Positions 21,545-32,507 of a stretch of 64,000 nucleotides of DNA are shown piece after piece. The DNA is taken from assembly GCA_965223155.1 (NCBI GenBank), contig CBDCVR010000015.1:608001-672000 (forward strand), written 5' to 3'. The notes beneath the pieces are model-generated. The model searched no databases and had not been told where the DNA came from. It was given only the letters and a program-made list of their open reading frames with translations. Source of the DNA: Candidatus Multivoradales bacterium. GTDB taxonomy: Bacteria; Acidobacteriota; Thermoanaerobaculia; Multivoradales; JAHEKO01. Each line of letters starts with the position of its first letter. Position 1 is the stretch's first letter. Made by a program: the position numbers and the translations under genes.

Positions 21545-23821
21545 ATGGCCAAGAACCTCATCATCGTCGAGAGTCCGACCAAGACCCGGACGCTCAAGAA
21601 GTTCCTGGGAAAGGACTACGCGGTCGAGGCTTCGGTCGGCCACATCCGGGACCTGGAGAAGAAGAATCTCGGGATCGGCGAGAACTTCGAGCCCAACTAC
21701 CGGGTGCTGGACGCCAAGAAGGACGTCGTCAAGAAACTCAAGGCGGCGGCCAAGAAAGCCGATCTGATCTACCTCGCCCCCGATCCCGACCGCGAGGGCG
21801 AGGCCATCGCCTGGCACATCGCCGAGATCCTGGGACGCGAGACCGAGGCCATCCGCCGGGTCACCTTCAACGAGATCACCAAGCAGGCGGTGACCCGCGC
21901 GCTCGAGAGCCCGGGCGAGATCGACTACCGCAAGGTCGAGGCCCAGCAGGCACGCCGCATTCTGGACCGCCTGATGGGCTTCAAGCTCTCGCCTCTGCTC
22001 TGGGACAAGGTCAAGCGCGGCCTCTCGGCCGGGCGGGTGCAGTCGGTGGCGCTCAAGATGGTGTGCGAGCGGCAAGCCGAGATCGACGCCTTCCAGCCGG
22101 TCGAGTACTGGATCCTGACGGCCGAGCTCGAAGGCTCGGAGCCGCCCGCCTTCAGCGCCCGCCTGGCCAAGATCGACGGCAAGAAGGCCGAGGTCGGCGA
22201 CGGCGCCACCGCGACCGCGATCGTCGAAGCGCTCCAGGCCGGCGACTTCCGGATCCAGGAGGTCGTCCGCCGCGAGTCCAAACAGCGTCCGACGCCGCCC
22301 TTCATCACCAGCCGCCTCCAGCAGGAGGCCTCCCGCCGTTTCGGGTTCTCGGCCAAGCGCACCATGGGCGTCGCCCAGGGCCTGTACGAGGGCAAGGAGA
22401 TCGGGAGTCGCGGCGCCGTCGGCCTGATCACCTACATGCGCACCGACTCGACTCGGGTGGCGGGCGAGGCCCTGGCTGCGGTGCGAGACGTCATCGCCAC
22501 CACCTACGGCACCGACAAGCTGCCCGATAAGCCCAACACCTACCGTTCCAAGAAGGGCGCCCAAGACGCTCACGAAGCGATCCGGCCGACCACCTTCGAC
22601 TTGCCTCCGGCGGCCGTGGCCGGCTACTTGAAGCCCGAGGAGTTGAAGCTCTACGAGCTCATCTGGAACCGTTTCGTGGCCTCGCAGATGAAGCCGGCGG
22701 TCTTCGACGTCACGCGCGTCGACATCGCCAACGGGCCGTACCTTCTGCGCGCCAACGGCAAGGTCTTGAAGGATCCGGGATTCCTGAGCGTCTACCAGGA
22801 GGCCCGCGGCGAGACCGCCGAGAACCCGGAGGCCGAAGACGGCTTGCTGCCGAAGCTCACCGAGGGCGAGGCCCTGACTCTCAAGAAGCTCGATCCGGAA
22901 CAGAAGTTCACCAAGCCGCCGGCCCGCTACAGCGAAGCGACGCTCATCAAAGCGCTCGAGGAAAACGGCATCGGCCGGCCCTCGACCTACGCCTCGATCC
23001 TGGCGACGCTGGCCAACCGCGAGTACGTGGACCGCGTCGAGCGCCGCTTCCGGCCCACCGCCCTGGGCAAGGTAGTCAATCAGCTGCTTCAGGCCGGCTT
23101 CGCCGACATCATCAACGAGGGATATACCGCCCAGCTCGAACAGCAGCTCGACCGCATCGAAGACGGCAAGCTGGACTGGCGCGCGGCGCTCTCCGAGTTC
23201 GACGGCAAGTTCTCGAAGGATCTCGAAACGGCCGACAGCCAGATGCCCAACATCAAGAAGGAAGGCCTGCCAACGGACGAGACCTGCCCGGAGTGCAGCT
23301 CGCCACTGGTCATGCGATTCGGCCGCTACGGCGGCTTCCTGGGCTGCACCGGCTACCCCGATTGCAGCTACACCCGCGACCTCGAGACCCCCGAGGGCGA
23401 GGCTTCGGGCGAGAGCGAATCCGGCGAGACCGAGATCGAACCCTGCGAGAAGTGCGGCAAGCCGATGGCGCTCAAGCGCAGCCGTTACGGCACCTTCTAC
23501 GGCTGTACCGGCTACCCTGACTGCAAGAACATCCGCAAGACCGGTCCGGCCGCGGAACCGCCCAAGGGCACCGGCGTCGCCTGTCCCAAGTGCAGCGAAG
23601 GCGAGATCCAGGAGAAGCGCTCGCGGCGGGGCAAGATTTTCTACTCCTGCGGCCGCTATCCCAAGTGCGACTACGCTCTCTGGAAGAAGCCCGTGGCCAA
23701 GCCCTGCCCGGATTGCTCAGCTCCGCTGGTGGTCGAGAAGATCACCAAGCGCAAAGGCACCGAGCACGTGTGCGCCGACAAGGAGTGTGGCTGGTCCGAG
23801 GTGATCGAGCCGCCGGCCTGA
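21545..23821 (+). CDS. topA: DNA topoisomerase I
   Basis: IVESPTK, DPDREGE, SAGRVQS and ITYMRTDS (catalytic Tyr) motifs; C-terminal zinc ribbons. Confidence 0.98.
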   Translation: MAKNLIIVESPTKTRTLKKFLGKDYAVEASVGHIRDLEKKNLGIGENFEPNYRVLDAKKDVVKKLKAAAKKADLIYLAPDPDREGEAIAWHIAEILGRETEAIRRVTFNEITKQAVTRALESPGEIDYRKVEAQQARRILDRLMGFKLSPLLWDKVKRGLSAGRVQSVALKMVCERQAEIDAFQPVEYWILTAELEGSEPPAFSARLAKIDGKKAEVGDGATATAIVEALQAGDFRIQEVVRRESKQRPTPPFITSRLQQEASRRFGFSAKRTMGVAQGLYEGKEIGSRGAVGLITYMRTDSTRVAGEALAAVRDVIATTYGTDKLPDKPNTYRSKKGAQDAHEAIRPTTFDLPPAAVAGYLKPEELKLYELIWNRFVASQMKPAVFDVTRVDIANGPYLLRANGKVLKDPGFLSVYQEARGETAENPEAEDGLLPKLTEGEALTLKKLDPEQKFTKPPARYSEATLIKALEENGIGRPSTYASILATLANREYVDRVERRFRPTALGKVVNQLLQAGFADIINEGYTAQLEQQLDRIEDGKLDWRAALSEFDGKFSKDLETADSQMPNIKKEGLPTDETCPECSSPLVMRFGRYGGFLGCTGYPDCSYTRDLETPEGEASGESESGETEIEPCEKCGKPMALKRSRYGTFYGCTGYPDCKNIRKTGPAAEPPKGTGVACPKCSEGEIQEKRSRRGKIFYSCGRYPKCDYALWKKPVAKPCPDCSAPLVVEKITKRKGTEHVCADKECGWSEVIEPPA

Positions 23822-23962
23822 GCGGATCTCGCGAGTCCCATCCGGAGTCCGCGGTACCAAGCCGCACCGGCGCCGACGGCTCGCGGGCCGCTCCTTGTCT
23901 CTCCTGGTGCGGCCGCCGGTCTTGGCCCCGGCTGCGGTTTCTTCCCTTCCTATAATGACCGC

Positions 23963-25393
23963 ATGACGCCGAAGGCTCTGGATCCGGTCACTGTCGTGGG
24001 CGGCGGGCTCGCGGGCTCCGAGTGCGCCTTCCAGCTCGCCGAGCGGGGCCTGCCGGTGCGGCTCGTCGAGATGCGGCCGGAGCGCTCGACGCCGGCTCAT
24101 AAGACCGGCGATCTGGCGGAGCTCGTATGCAGCAACTCCCTGCGCAGCGACGACCCGCACCATGCCGCCGGGCTCTTGAAGCGGGAGATGGAAGGCCTGG
24201 GCTCGCTCATCGTCGCCGCCGCCCGCGAAGCGGCGGTACCGGCCGGTGCGGCGCTCGCCGTGGACCGCGTGCGCTTCGCCCAAACCGTGACCGCGCGGCT
24301 CCGGGACCACCCCCGCATCGAGATTGTCACTGGGGAGGTCGAGGCGATTCCGGCCGGCGACGCCGTTCTCGCCACCGGCCCGCTGACCTCGCCAACCCTG
24401 TCCGAGGCCCTGGCGGCGCTTCTAGGCGGAGACCACCTCTACTTCTACGATTCGATCGCACCCATCGTCGAGGCCGACAGTCTCGACTCCTCCAAGCTCT
24501 TTGCCGGCTCCCGTTGGGGCAAGGGCGATGGCGCCGATTATCTCAACGCGCCGATGAGCCGGGACGAGTACCGGACCTTCCATCGGGCGGTGCTCGACGC
24601 CGAAGTCGTACCCCTCCACGACTTCGAAAGCGAGCTCTTCTTCGAAGGCTGCCTGCCGATCGAGGAGCTGGCCCGCCGCGGCGTCGATACCCTGCGCTTC
24701 GGCCCGATGAAGCCGGTCGGGCTGACCGCGCCCGACGGCTCGCGGCCCTACGCCGTGGTCCAGCTCCGTCAGGAGGATCTGGCGCGATCCCAGTACAACC
24801 TGGTGGGATTCCAGTCGCGCATGACCTGGGGCGAGCAAAAGCGCGTGTTGCGCACCATTCCGGGCCTCGCCAGCGCCCGCTTCACCCGCTTGGGGCAGGT
24901 GCACCGAAATACCTTCGTCAACGCACCGCTGCATTTGAACCGCTTCTACCGGCTTCGGGGCCGGCCACGCGTGCGCCTTGCCGGCCAGATTACCGGCGTC
25001 GAGGGGTACCTCGAGTCGGCTGCGTCCGGACTCATGGTGGCCGTCTACCTGGCGCTCGAGCGTTCCGGGACCGGACCGGCGCCGGTACCGGCGACCACCG
25101 CTCTCGGCGCCCTGGCCCGCCACCTGATCGAGTCCCGTCCGGAGCGATTTCAGCCGGCCAACATCAACTTTGGCCTCTTTCCAGAGCTCGCCGAGACCAC
25201 CGGCAAGGTCAAGCGCCAGGAGCGCCGGCGGCTTCTCGCCGAGCGTGCCCGGCGTGATCTCGAAGCCTGGGCGGAGGCTCACGGCGTGCCCTGCGCCTGG
25301 CCGGCGGCCACCATACGCTCGCCGACTCCCGCCCGGGCCGAGTCCGCGGCGGCAAACGCTCCAACCCCGGCCGCGACCCCAGCTCGTGCGTAA
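23963..25393 (+). CDS. trmFO: Folate/FAD-dependent tRNA m5U54 methyltransferase
   Basis: GGGLAGSE, ELVCSNS, FEGCLPIE, HRNTF and GQITGVEGY motifs. Confidence 0.96.
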   Translation: MTPKALDPVTVVGGGLAGSECAFQLAERGLPVRLVEMRPERSTPAHKTGDLAELVCSNSLRSDDPHHAAGLLKREMEGLGSLIVAAAREAAVPAGAALAVDRVRFAQTVTARLRDHPRIEIVTGEVEAIPAGDAVLATGPLTSPTLSEALAALLGGDHLYFYDSIAPIVEADSLDSSKLFAGSRWGKGDGADYLNAPMSRDEYRTFHRAVLDAEVVPLHDFESELFFEGCLPIEELARRGVDTLRFGPMKPVGLTAPDGSRPYAVVQLRQEDLARSQYNLVGFQSRMTWGEQKRVLRTIPGLASARFTRLGQVHRNTFVNAPLHLNRFYRLRGRPRVRLAGQITGVEGYLESAASGLMVAVYLALERSGTGPAPVPATTALGALARHLIESRPERFQPANINFGLFPELAETTGKVKRQERRRLLAERARRDLEAWAEAHGVPCAWPAATIRSPTPARAESAAANAPTPAATPARA

Positions 25394-26372
25394 GCTGATC
25401 GAGCGCTACCTCGAGCACCTGGGCGCGGAGCGCAATCTCTCGCCGCATACGCTTCGTGCCTATCGGAGCGATCTCGAAGGCTTTCTGGACTTCCTGTCCG
25501 GAGACTTCCTCGCCAAGAAGGCCGAGACGGTGCGGCCGCGCGAGGTCGACCCGCTCGCCGTTCGCTCGTTTCTGGCGTCGCTCGCCAGCCGGGGCACGAG
25601 CCGCCAGAGCCAGGCGCGGGCGCTCGCCGCGGTGCGCGGCGCCTTCCGCTTCGCCTGTCGCGAAGGGGCTCTCGAAAGCAATCCGGCGGCTTCGGTGCGC
25701 ACTCCCAAGCAGCCCAAGAAGTTGCCCCGTCATCTACGCCCCGGGGAGATCGAAACGCTCCTCGAAGCGGTCGACGGCACCAAGCCCCTGGACCTGCGCG
25801 ACCGCGCCATCCTGGAGCTGCTCTACGCCTCGGGCCTGCGCGTTGGCGAGCTGGTGTCCCTCGACTGGGACAACCTGGACCTCGGCGGGCGGGTGCTGAG
25901 GGTCCTCGGCAAGGGCGGCAAGGAACGCATGGTCCCGTTCGGCAAAGAGGCGGCATCGGCGCTCGCGAGCTGGCGTACGGCCGCGCCCGAGCTCGGCGGC
26001 GGCGAGGCGGCGTCCGGAAACGAGGCGGAAAGCGGCGACCCGGTGTTTCTCAACTACCGCGGCGGGCGGCTCTCAGCCCGCTCGGTGCGGCGCATTCTGG
26101 ACCGGCGGGTGACCGAAGCCGCCCTCGCCGCCGGCGTGCATCCTCATACCCTGCGCCACACCTTCGCCACCCATCTCCTGGAAGGCGGCGCCGATCTGCG
26201 CTCGATCCAGGAGCTTCTGGGCCACAGCTCGCTGTCCACGACCCAGCGCTATACCCATCTCGAGCTCGAGCGCCTGCTCGAGGTCCATCGCGCGAGCCAT
26301 CCGCGCGCGCGCCGAGGGCGGTCCGACGGCGCCGAACCGGCCGCGGCGGGCGACGGAGACTCGGGCCGGTGA
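25386..26372 (+). CDS. xerC: Tyrosine recombinase XerC
   Basis: Catalytic R (LRVGE), K (GKGGKER), HTLRH, LGH and Y (TQRYT); position between trmFO and hslV. GTG start at 25386. Confidence 0.92.
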   Translation: MRKLIERYLEHLGAERNLSPHTLRAYRSDLEGFLDFLSGDFLAKKAETVRPREVDPLAVRSFLASLASRGTSRQSQARALAAVRGAFRFACREGALESNPAASVRTPKQPKKLPRHLRPGEIETLLEAVDGTKPLDLRDRAILELLYASGLRVGELVSLDWDNLDLGGRVLRVLGKGGKERMVPFGKEAASALASWRTAAPELGGGEAASGNEAESGDPVFLNYRGGRLSARSVRRILDRRVTEAALAAGVHPHTLRHTFATHLLEGGADLRSIQELLGHSSLSTTQRYTHLELERLLEVHRASHPRARRGRSDGAEPAAAGDGDSGR

Positions 26373-26923
26373 GCCCTGACGGCGGCCAGGCGGCCCGGAT
26401 CTTCACCTGCGCCGCCACCGGCACGGTGGCCGCCGGCCGGCGCCGGCTGGGCACGCTCTTCGGCGGCCTGATCGGCGCTCTCCTGATAGCAGCGATCTTT
26501 GCCCTCGGAACCCGCCAGCCCCTGGCCGGCGGCCTGGCCTTCGTTCTGGCCTTCGGCGTCTTCATCGTCTTCGGCATGAGCCGCGAGTTGAACGTTACCG
26601 AGATCCGCCTGGAGCCGGGCCGGCTGTCGGTCCTCATGCGCCGCGCGATCCGCCGGCTCGCCCTCGACAACACGAGGGCGCGCCGGCTCAACGAGGACGA
26701 GATCGAGCATCTCGAGAGCTTGACCGCACTCGGCAGCTTCGTCGCCGGCTCGGGCGGTTTCGACTCCCACCGGCTCGGTGAGTTCGACCTCTACGCGACC
26801 CGTTTCGACCATGCGGTCCTCGTCGAGAGCGACGATGGCCGGCTCATCGTGACCCCGGACGAGCCCGACCGGTTCGTGGCCGCGATTCACGAGGCGGCGA
26901 ATAGTACAATCCCCCCCTCGTGA
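26369..26923 (+). CDS. Membrane protein with bacterial PH domain
   Basis: Two TM helices followed by GGF.S..LG.F.LYAT....V.V......IVTPD.P..FV; overlaps the xerC stop and hslV start. Confidence 0.75.
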   Translation: MSPDGGQAARIFTCAATGTVAAGRRRLGTLFGGLIGALLIAAIFALGTRQPLAGGLAFVLAFGVFIVFGMSRELNVTEIRLEPGRLSVLMRRAIRRLALDNTRARRLNEDEIEHLESLTALGSFVAGSGGFDSHRLGEFDLYATRFDHAVLVESDDGRLIVTPDEPDRFVAAIHEAANSTIPPS

Positions 26924-27453
26924 GCGACCTCGCGGCTACGACCGTCCTGCTCGTCCGGCGCGACGGCGACGTCTGTCTCGTATCGGATGGTCAGGTGACC
27001 CTCCAGAACACCGTGCTCAAGGCCACGGCCAGCAAGGTCAAGCGGGCGGGCAAGGGCAAGGTGCTGGTGGGCTTCGCCGGTGGCGCCGCCGACGGGCTGG
27101 CGCTGTTTACCCGTTTCGAGGGCAAGCTGGACGAGTTCCAGGGCAACCTGGAGCGGGCGGTGGTCGAGCTGGCCAAGGATTGGAGAACCGATCGGGCCCT
27201 GCGCCAGCTCCAGGCACAGATGATCGTCGCCGGCAAGGAGGTCAGCTTCCTGGTGTCGGGCAACGGCGACCTCATGCAGCCGGACGAGGGGCTTCTGGCG
27301 ATCGGCTCCGGCGCCAATTTCGCCCTGGCGGCGGCGCGGGCGCTTCTCAAGCACACCGATCTACCCGCCCGGAGCGTCGCCGAAGAGGCGATGACGGTGG
27401 CCGCCGACATCTGCATCTACACCAACCACAACCTGACGATCGAGGAGCTCTAG
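26920..27453 (+). CDS. hslV: ATP-dependent protease subunit HslV
   Basis: TT nucleophile, DGQVT, GFAG..AD, AIGSG and DICIYTN motifs. Confidence 0.97.
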   Translation: MSDLAATTVLLVRRDGDVCLVSDGQVTLQNTVLKATASKVKRAGKGKVLVGFAGGAADGLALFTRFEGKLDEFQGNLERAVVELAKDWRTDRALRQLQAQMIVAGKEVSFLVSGNGDLMQPDEGLLAIGSGANFALAAARALLKHTDLPARSVAEEAMTVAADICIYTNHNLTIEEL

Positions 27454-27456
27454 GCG

Positions 27457-28845
27457 GTGACGCCTGAACCTTCCGAGCGCGCCGAAGAGGCGGCGCCCGA
27501 AGAAGAAGCCGGCCGGCTGGAAGACTCGCCGCCGCGCGAGATCGTGGCGCAACTCGACAAGTTCGTGGTCGGGCAGCACGCGGCCAAGCGGTCGGTGGCG
27601 ATCGCGCTGCGCAATCGCTGGCGCCGCCAGCAGCTCCCGGACGAGGTGGCCGAAGAGATTCTGCCCAAGAACATCCTGATGATCGGCCCCACGGGCGTGG
27701 GCAAGACCGAGATCGCCCGCCGTCTCGCGCGGCTCGCGAACGCGCCGTTTCTCAAGATCGAAGCGAGCAAGTTCACCGAGGTGGGCTACGTCGGCCGGGA
27801 CGTCGAGTCCATGATCCGGGACCTGGCCGAGGTGGCGGTGGCCATGGTGCGCGAGGAGCGGCGCGAGTCAGTGCGCGAAAGCGCCCGCAAGCGCGCCGAG
27901 GATCGCTTGCTGGAGCTCTTGATCCCGGCACGCGCGCCTTCGCCGGAGGCCGAGCCGGTGACCGATTTCTCCTCCACGGTCGAGAAATTCCGCAACAAGC
28001 TCCGAGCCGGATCGCTCGACGAGCGCACCGTCGAGGTGGATGTCGAAGACAGCTCGTTTCCTAGCTTCGAGATGTTCACGCCGCAGGGCGTCGAGGAAGT
28101 CGGCATCAACTTGAAGGAGATGATGCCGGGCTTTTTCGGCAAGCGCCGCAAGCAGCGCATGAGCGTTCGCGAGGCGCGCGAGATCCTGGAAGTCCAGGAG
28201 GCCGAGAAGCTCATCGACAAACAGCAGGTCAGCCGCGAGGCCCGGCGCCGGGTCGAACAGGGCGGCATCCTGTTCCTGGACGAGATCGACAAGATCGCCG
28301 GCGGTGAGTCCAAGCAAGGCCCGGACGTATCGCGTGAAGGCGTCCAGCGCGATCTCTTGCCGGTGGTGGAGGGCTCGACCGTCGCCACCAAGTACGGTCC
28401 GGTCAAGACCGACCACATCCTGTTCATCGCCGCCGGCGCCTTCCACGTCGCCAAGCCCTCGGATCTGATTCCCGAGCTCCAAGGCCGATTTCCCATTCGG
28501 GTGGAGCTCGAGGCCCTCACCGAGGACGACTTCGTGCGCATTCTGACCGAGCCCGAGAACGCGCTGACCAAGCAGTACCAGGCGCTGCTCTCGACCGAAT
28601 CGGTGACCCTCGACTTCCGGGACGACGCCGTGCGCGAGCTGGCGCGCCTTGCCGTCGAGGTCAACGACTCCACCGAGAACATCGGCGCCCGCCGTCTGGC
28701 AACCCTGCTCGAGCGCCTGCTCGACGAAGTCTCCTTCGAAGCTCCCGACATGGGGGGCGTCACCGTAACCATCGACGAGGGCTACGTGCGCCGCGCGCTC
28801 GCCGGCCTCGTCGAGGACCAGGACCTGAGCCGTTATGTTCTCTGA
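27457..28845 (+). CDS. hslU: ATP-dependent protease ATPase subunit HslU
   Basis: [24 protein letters not shown] and DLSRYVL C-terminus. Confidence 0.98.
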   Translation: MTPEPSERAEEAAPEEEAGRLEDSPPREIVAQLDKFVVGQHAAKRSVAIALRNRWRRQQLPDEVAEEILPKNILMIGPTGVGKTEIARRLARLANAPFLKIEASKFTEVGYVGRDVESMIRDLAEVAVAMVREERRESVRESARKRAEDRLLELLIPARAPSPEAEPVTDFSSTVEKFRNKLRAGSLDERTVEVDVEDSSFPSFEMFTPQGVEEVGINLKEMMPGFFGKRRKQRMSVREAREILEVQEAEKLIDKQQVSREARRRVEQGGILFLDEIDKIAGGESKQGPDVSREGVQRDLLPVVEGSTVATKYGPVKTDHILFIAAGAFHVAKPSDLIPELQGRFPIRVELEALTEDDFVRILTEPENALTKQYQALLSTESVTLDFRDDAVRELARLAVEVNDSTENIGARRLATLLERLLDEVSFEAPDMGGVTVTIDEGYVRRALAGLVEDQDLSRYVL

Positions 28846-30196
28846 CCGTACCCGCGTCGCCCTTTCGATCCTCGCCCTGGCCCTGCCGGCCTCAGGCTGT
28901 GGCCACAAGGCTCCACCGGTGCCGCCGCCGCTCAAGAATCCGGCGAACACCACTGATTTGACGGTGCTCCAGCGCGGGGAAACCGCGGCTCTCGCGTTTA
29001 CCTATCCCCAGACCACGGTTAGCGGCCTACCGATGGCCGAGCTCGAAAAGGTCGAGATCTGGAAGCTGCGTAAGCCGGCGCCGCCGCCTCTCGCCTCGGC
29101 GCTGGACGAAGGGGAACCGGAAGACGGCGCACCAGAGACCGAGGCCACGACGGGCTCGGCCGCCGCCGAAGACGCCGGGGCCGACTCCGAAACCGCCGCC
29201 ACCGCGGACGAGCCGGATGAATCCGAGGCCGACTCATCGGCGGCCGGAGACGAGACCGATGCGAGGGCTTCCCGCACTTCCGCCAGGGACGCGGACGATG
29301 AGGATGAGGACAAGGACGACGCGCCACCGCAGCGGACCCTGGAGCAGGTGGCGGCCGTAGACGCCCTCGAGTTTTCCTCCACGGCGGCCCTGGTCGAGAC
29401 CCTGGACGGCGAGGAGCTCGACAACGCGATCCAGGGCTCAAAGCTCTACTTCCTGGTCGAGCTCGAAGAACCCAGCCACGAGAAGTGGGCGTACACCTTT
29501 GCGGTCAAGACCTTCGGCCCTGGCGGCATCGCCTCGCGCTTCTCCAACCTGGTGACTCTGGTACAGCGCCGGCCGCCGCCGGCGCCCGAGGATTTCGCGG
29601 TCGAGGCCGAGGCCGGCGGGATCCGCATCTCCTGGCGCGCGCCGGAGGCCCCGGACACGGTTGAGGAAGACGCGGAAGACGAGGAGGACGACGACAAGCC
29701 CTCCGATCGTGGGTTCCGCGTCTACCGCCGCTCCGCCGCCAGCCGGAGCTACGCCGAGCCGTTGGCGCGGCTGACCGAGGACGCCGAAGAGCACTTCGAT
29801 CGCTCGGCGGTCTTTGGCGAGCGCTACGTCTACGCGGTCACCGCCGTGGCCCAGAAGAACCCTACGGTCGAAAGCTTCTTTGCCGGCGAGCGCGAGGTCG
29901 AATACTCGGACCGCTTCGCGCCCGCGACCCCCAAGAACCTCATCGCGCTGGCCCAGGAGGGGCGGGTGCGGCTGCTCTGGGACGCGGGGCCCGAGCGCGA
30001 TCTGGCTGGTTACGTGATCTTCCGCCGCCAGGGCGATGCCGAATTCTTGCGCCTCAACGAGCAGCCCGTGCTGGCTTCGGAGTACAACGACCGAACGGTC
30101 GCCGCGAGCACGACCTTCGAGTACCGGGTCGCTGCCGTGGACGAGGTCGGCAACATGAGCGAGCCGTCGGCTCCAGTCGTCGCCCGCGTGCCGTAG
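28835..30196 (+). CDS. Lipoprotein with fibronectin type III domains and LptM-like N-terminus
   Basis: Lipobox ASG|[11 protein letters not shown], acidic linker and FN3 patterns (W..P, GF.VYR, Y.Y.V.AV). Confidence 0.85.
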   Translation: MFSDRTRVALSILALALPASGCGHKAPPVPPPLKNPANTTDLTVLQRGETAALAFTYPQTTVSGLPMAELEKVEIWKLRKPAPPPLASALDEGEPEDGAPETEATTGSAAAEDAGADSETAATADEPDESEADSSAAGDETDARASRTSARDADDEDEDKDDAPPQRTLEQVAAVDALEFSSTAALVETLDGEELDNAIQGSKLYFLVELEEPSHEKWAYTFAVKTFGPGGIASRFSNLVTLVQRRPPPAPEDFAVEAEAGGIRISWRAPEAPDTVEEDAEDEEDDDKPSDRGFRVYRRSAASRSYAEPLARLTEDAEEHFDRSAVFGERYVYAVTAVAQKNPTVESFFAGEREVEYSDRFAPATPKNLIALAQEGRVRLLWDAGPERDLAGYVIFRRQGDAEFLRLNEQPVLASEYNDRTVAASTTFEYRVAAVDEVGNMSEPSAPVVARVP

Positions 30197-30203
30197 TCGT
30201 GCC

Positions 30204-31070
30204 GTGACCCGCTTCTTCAAGGTCTCGGGTGGTGGCAACGACTTCCTCGCCCTGATCGAGCCCGAGGCCGACCTTTCGCCCGAGAGCATCCGGGCGCTGT
30301 GCACACGCGGCCTCTCGGTGGGCGCGGACGGGGTCTTCTCGATCGCCCGGGAGGGTGACGCGGTGCGCATGCGCTACGCCAACGCCGACGGCAGGCCCGC
30401 CGACCTTTGCCTCAACGGCGCCCGCTGCGCGGCCCAGCTTGCCTTCCACCTCGGCTGGGCCGAGGATCGCCTGCGGCTCGAGACCGGCGCCGGCCCGATC
30501 GAAGCTTCCCGCCACGGCGAAAGCGCCACTCGCCTGAGCTTCGCGCACACCTCGGGGCCACCCAAGGAGTTGTCCCTGGAGGCGGGCGGGCGCGCCGTCT
30601 CGGGACACCACGTCACGGTCGGGGTGCCCCACTTGGTAACCGAGCACACGGGGCCGATCGGAGACGCTCCGGTGGCTGTCCTGGGGCCGATCCTGCGCGC
30701 GCACGCGGCCCTGGCTCCGGCCGGCGCCAACGTCAACTTCGTCGTGTTCCGCGATCGGCGGAGCTTCCAGATCCGAACCTTCGAGCGCGGCGTCGAAGCC
30801 GAGACTCTGGCCTGCGGCACCGGGGTCCTGGCCGCGACCGCGGCCGGCCTGGCGCTCGACAGGATCGATCTTCCGGTCCGTGCCGAGACCCTGGGCGGTT
30901 TTGCCTTCGAGGTGGACTTCCGGGACGAGCCCGGTTCCGACATGGGCGCGGACAGAGCCGCTGGCACCTGGGTTCTGACCGGTGACGCGCGCTTGGTGGC
31001 GAGCGGCTCTCTCGAGCCGGGCGCGCTCGAGCTGCCGGAGCCTTCCGGCTGGCTCGCCGGCACCGGCTAG
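30204..31070 (+). CDS. dapF: Diaminopimelate epimerase
   Basis: G.GNDF, GADG, NADG, C.NGARC, GVPH and ERGVE.ETLACGTG motifs. Confidence 0.93.
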   Translation: MTRFFKVSGGGNDFLALIEPEADLSPESIRALCTRGLSVGADGVFSIAREGDAVRMRYANADGRPADLCLNGARCAAQLAFHLGWAEDRLRLETGAGPIEASRHGESATRLSFAHTSGPPKELSLEAGGRAVSGHHVTVGVPHLVTEHTGPIGDAPVAVLGPILRAHAALAPAGANVNFVVFRDRRSFQIRTFERGVEAETLACGTGVLAATAAGLALDRIDLPVRAETLGGFAFEVDFRDEPGSDMGADRAAGTWVLTGDARLVASGSLEPGALELPEPSGWLAGTG

Positions 31071-31156
31071 GGCCGTACCGGCGGCCAGCGCAGGCGCGGA
31101 CAGGGCCGCAAGCGTCCCCGATCGGCCACGGGGGCACATGCTAAGCTCCGCGCCCG

Positions 31157-32377
31157 ATGGGCAAGGCTTTTCTCCCGGTCGCCGAGCAACTGGCGCTCCT
31201 CCGGCGCGGCTCCGTCGACCTGGTGGACGAAGAGCAGCTCACCCACAAGCTGGAGCGCTCGGCCGCAAGCGGCGAGCCGCTGACCGTCAAGGTCGGCTTC
31301 GACCCCTCGGCGCCCGATCTCCACCTGGGTCATTCGGTCCTGCTGCGCAAGATGAAGCACTTCCAGGACCTGGGGCACCGCGTAGTCTTTGTAATCGGCG
31401 ACTTCACCGCCCTCATCGGCGACCCCACCGGCAAGAAGACCACCCGGCCCCAGCTCTCGGCCGAGGAGATCGCCGCCAATCAGAAGACCTACGAAGAGCA
31501 GGTCTTCAAGATCCTGGACCGCGACAAGATCGTCGTCGACCACAACAGTCGCTGGCTCCTCGAGCTGGGTTCGGTGGGCATGGTCCGGCTGGCCGGCCGC
31601 TACACCTTGGCGCGCATGATGGAGCGCGACGACTTCCGCACGCGCTTTCGCGACGGCCAACCGATCTCGATTCACGAGCTGCTCTACCCGCTGGCCCAGG
31701 GCTACGACTCGGTCGCCCTGAAAGCCGACGTCGAGCTGGGAGGCACCGATCAACTCTTCAACCTCCTGGTGGGCCGTGACCTGATGCGCGAGGAAGGGCT
31801 GGAGCCCCAGGTGGTGCTGACCACACCGCTTCTGGTCGGCCTCGACGGCGTCGACAAGATGTCGAAAAGCCTCGGCAACGCCATCGGCCTGGCCGAGAGC
31901 GCGGCCGAGATTTTTGGCAAGACCATGTCGATTCCGGACGACCTGATGTGGGACTGGTGGCTGCTCCTGACCGACGAGGCCGAAGAGGCGATCGCCGATC
32001 GGCGGCGCCGGGTCGAGGACGGAGCGCTTCATCCCAAAGCCGTCAAACAGGAGCTCGCCCACCGGCTGACCGCGCGCTACGCGAGCCCCGCCGAGGCCGA
32101 CGCCGCCCAAGCCGAGTTCGAGACTGTCTTCGCCCAGGGCGGCCTGCCGGACGAGGTGCCCGAGCGAACGCTGCCCGGACCCGCGCCACTGGCCAAGGCA
32201 TTGGCGGCCCTCGACCTCGCGGCCAGCAACAAGGAAGCGGTCCGGCTGGTGCGCCAGGGCGCGGTAACCGTGGACGGCGCACGCGTCGACGACCCGTTTG
32301 CCGAGCTCGCGGCGCGGCCCGAAGGCTACCTGCTCAAGGTCGGAAAGCGCCGGTTCGTAAAGCTGACGCTCGAGTGA
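31157..32377 (+). CDS. tyrS: Tyrosine--tRNA ligase
   Basis: GFDPS..DLHLGH, YPLAQGYD, GGTDQ, KMSKS and a C-terminal S4 domain. Confidence 0.98.
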   Translation: MGKAFLPVAEQLALLRRGSVDLVDEEQLTHKLERSAASGEPLTVKVGFDPSAPDLHLGHSVLLRKMKHFQDLGHRVVFVIGDFTALIGDPTGKKTTRPQLSAEEIAANQKTYEEQVFKILDRDKIVVDHNSRWLLELGSVGMVRLAGRYTLARMMERDDFRTRFRDGQPISIHELLYPLAQGYDSVALKADVELGGTDQLFNLLVGRDLMREEGLEPQVVLTTPLLVGLDGVDKMSKSLGNAIGLAESAAEIFGKTMSIPDDLMWDWWLLLTDEAEEAIADRRRRVEDGALHPKAVKQELAHRLTARYASPAEADAAQAEFETVFAQGGLPDEVPERTLPGPAPLAKALAALDLAASNKEAVRLVRQGAVTVDGARVDDPFAELAARPEGYLLKVGKRRFVKLTLE

Positions 32378-32507
32378 CCCGAGGCAGCAGAGGCGGCGGA
32401 GGCGGCGGAGCCGGGCGAGGCACCAGAGCCGTCAGACCGGGCGACCCAGACGGCGCCGGCTCGTGGCCAGATCGGCCAGATCGGGGACTTCGGGGAGATC
32501 GGAGCCA

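Noticed and set aside
25386-26372. Tyrosine recombinase as a prophage or island integrase
   Set aside because: It sits in the conserved dprA-topA-trmFO-xerC-hslVU housekeeping block, with no att-like repeats or phage genes.
30400-30430. DapF CLNG instead of CGNG as a sign of altered function
   Set aside because: Both catalytic cysteines and all other motifs are intact; one substitution is insufficient evidence.
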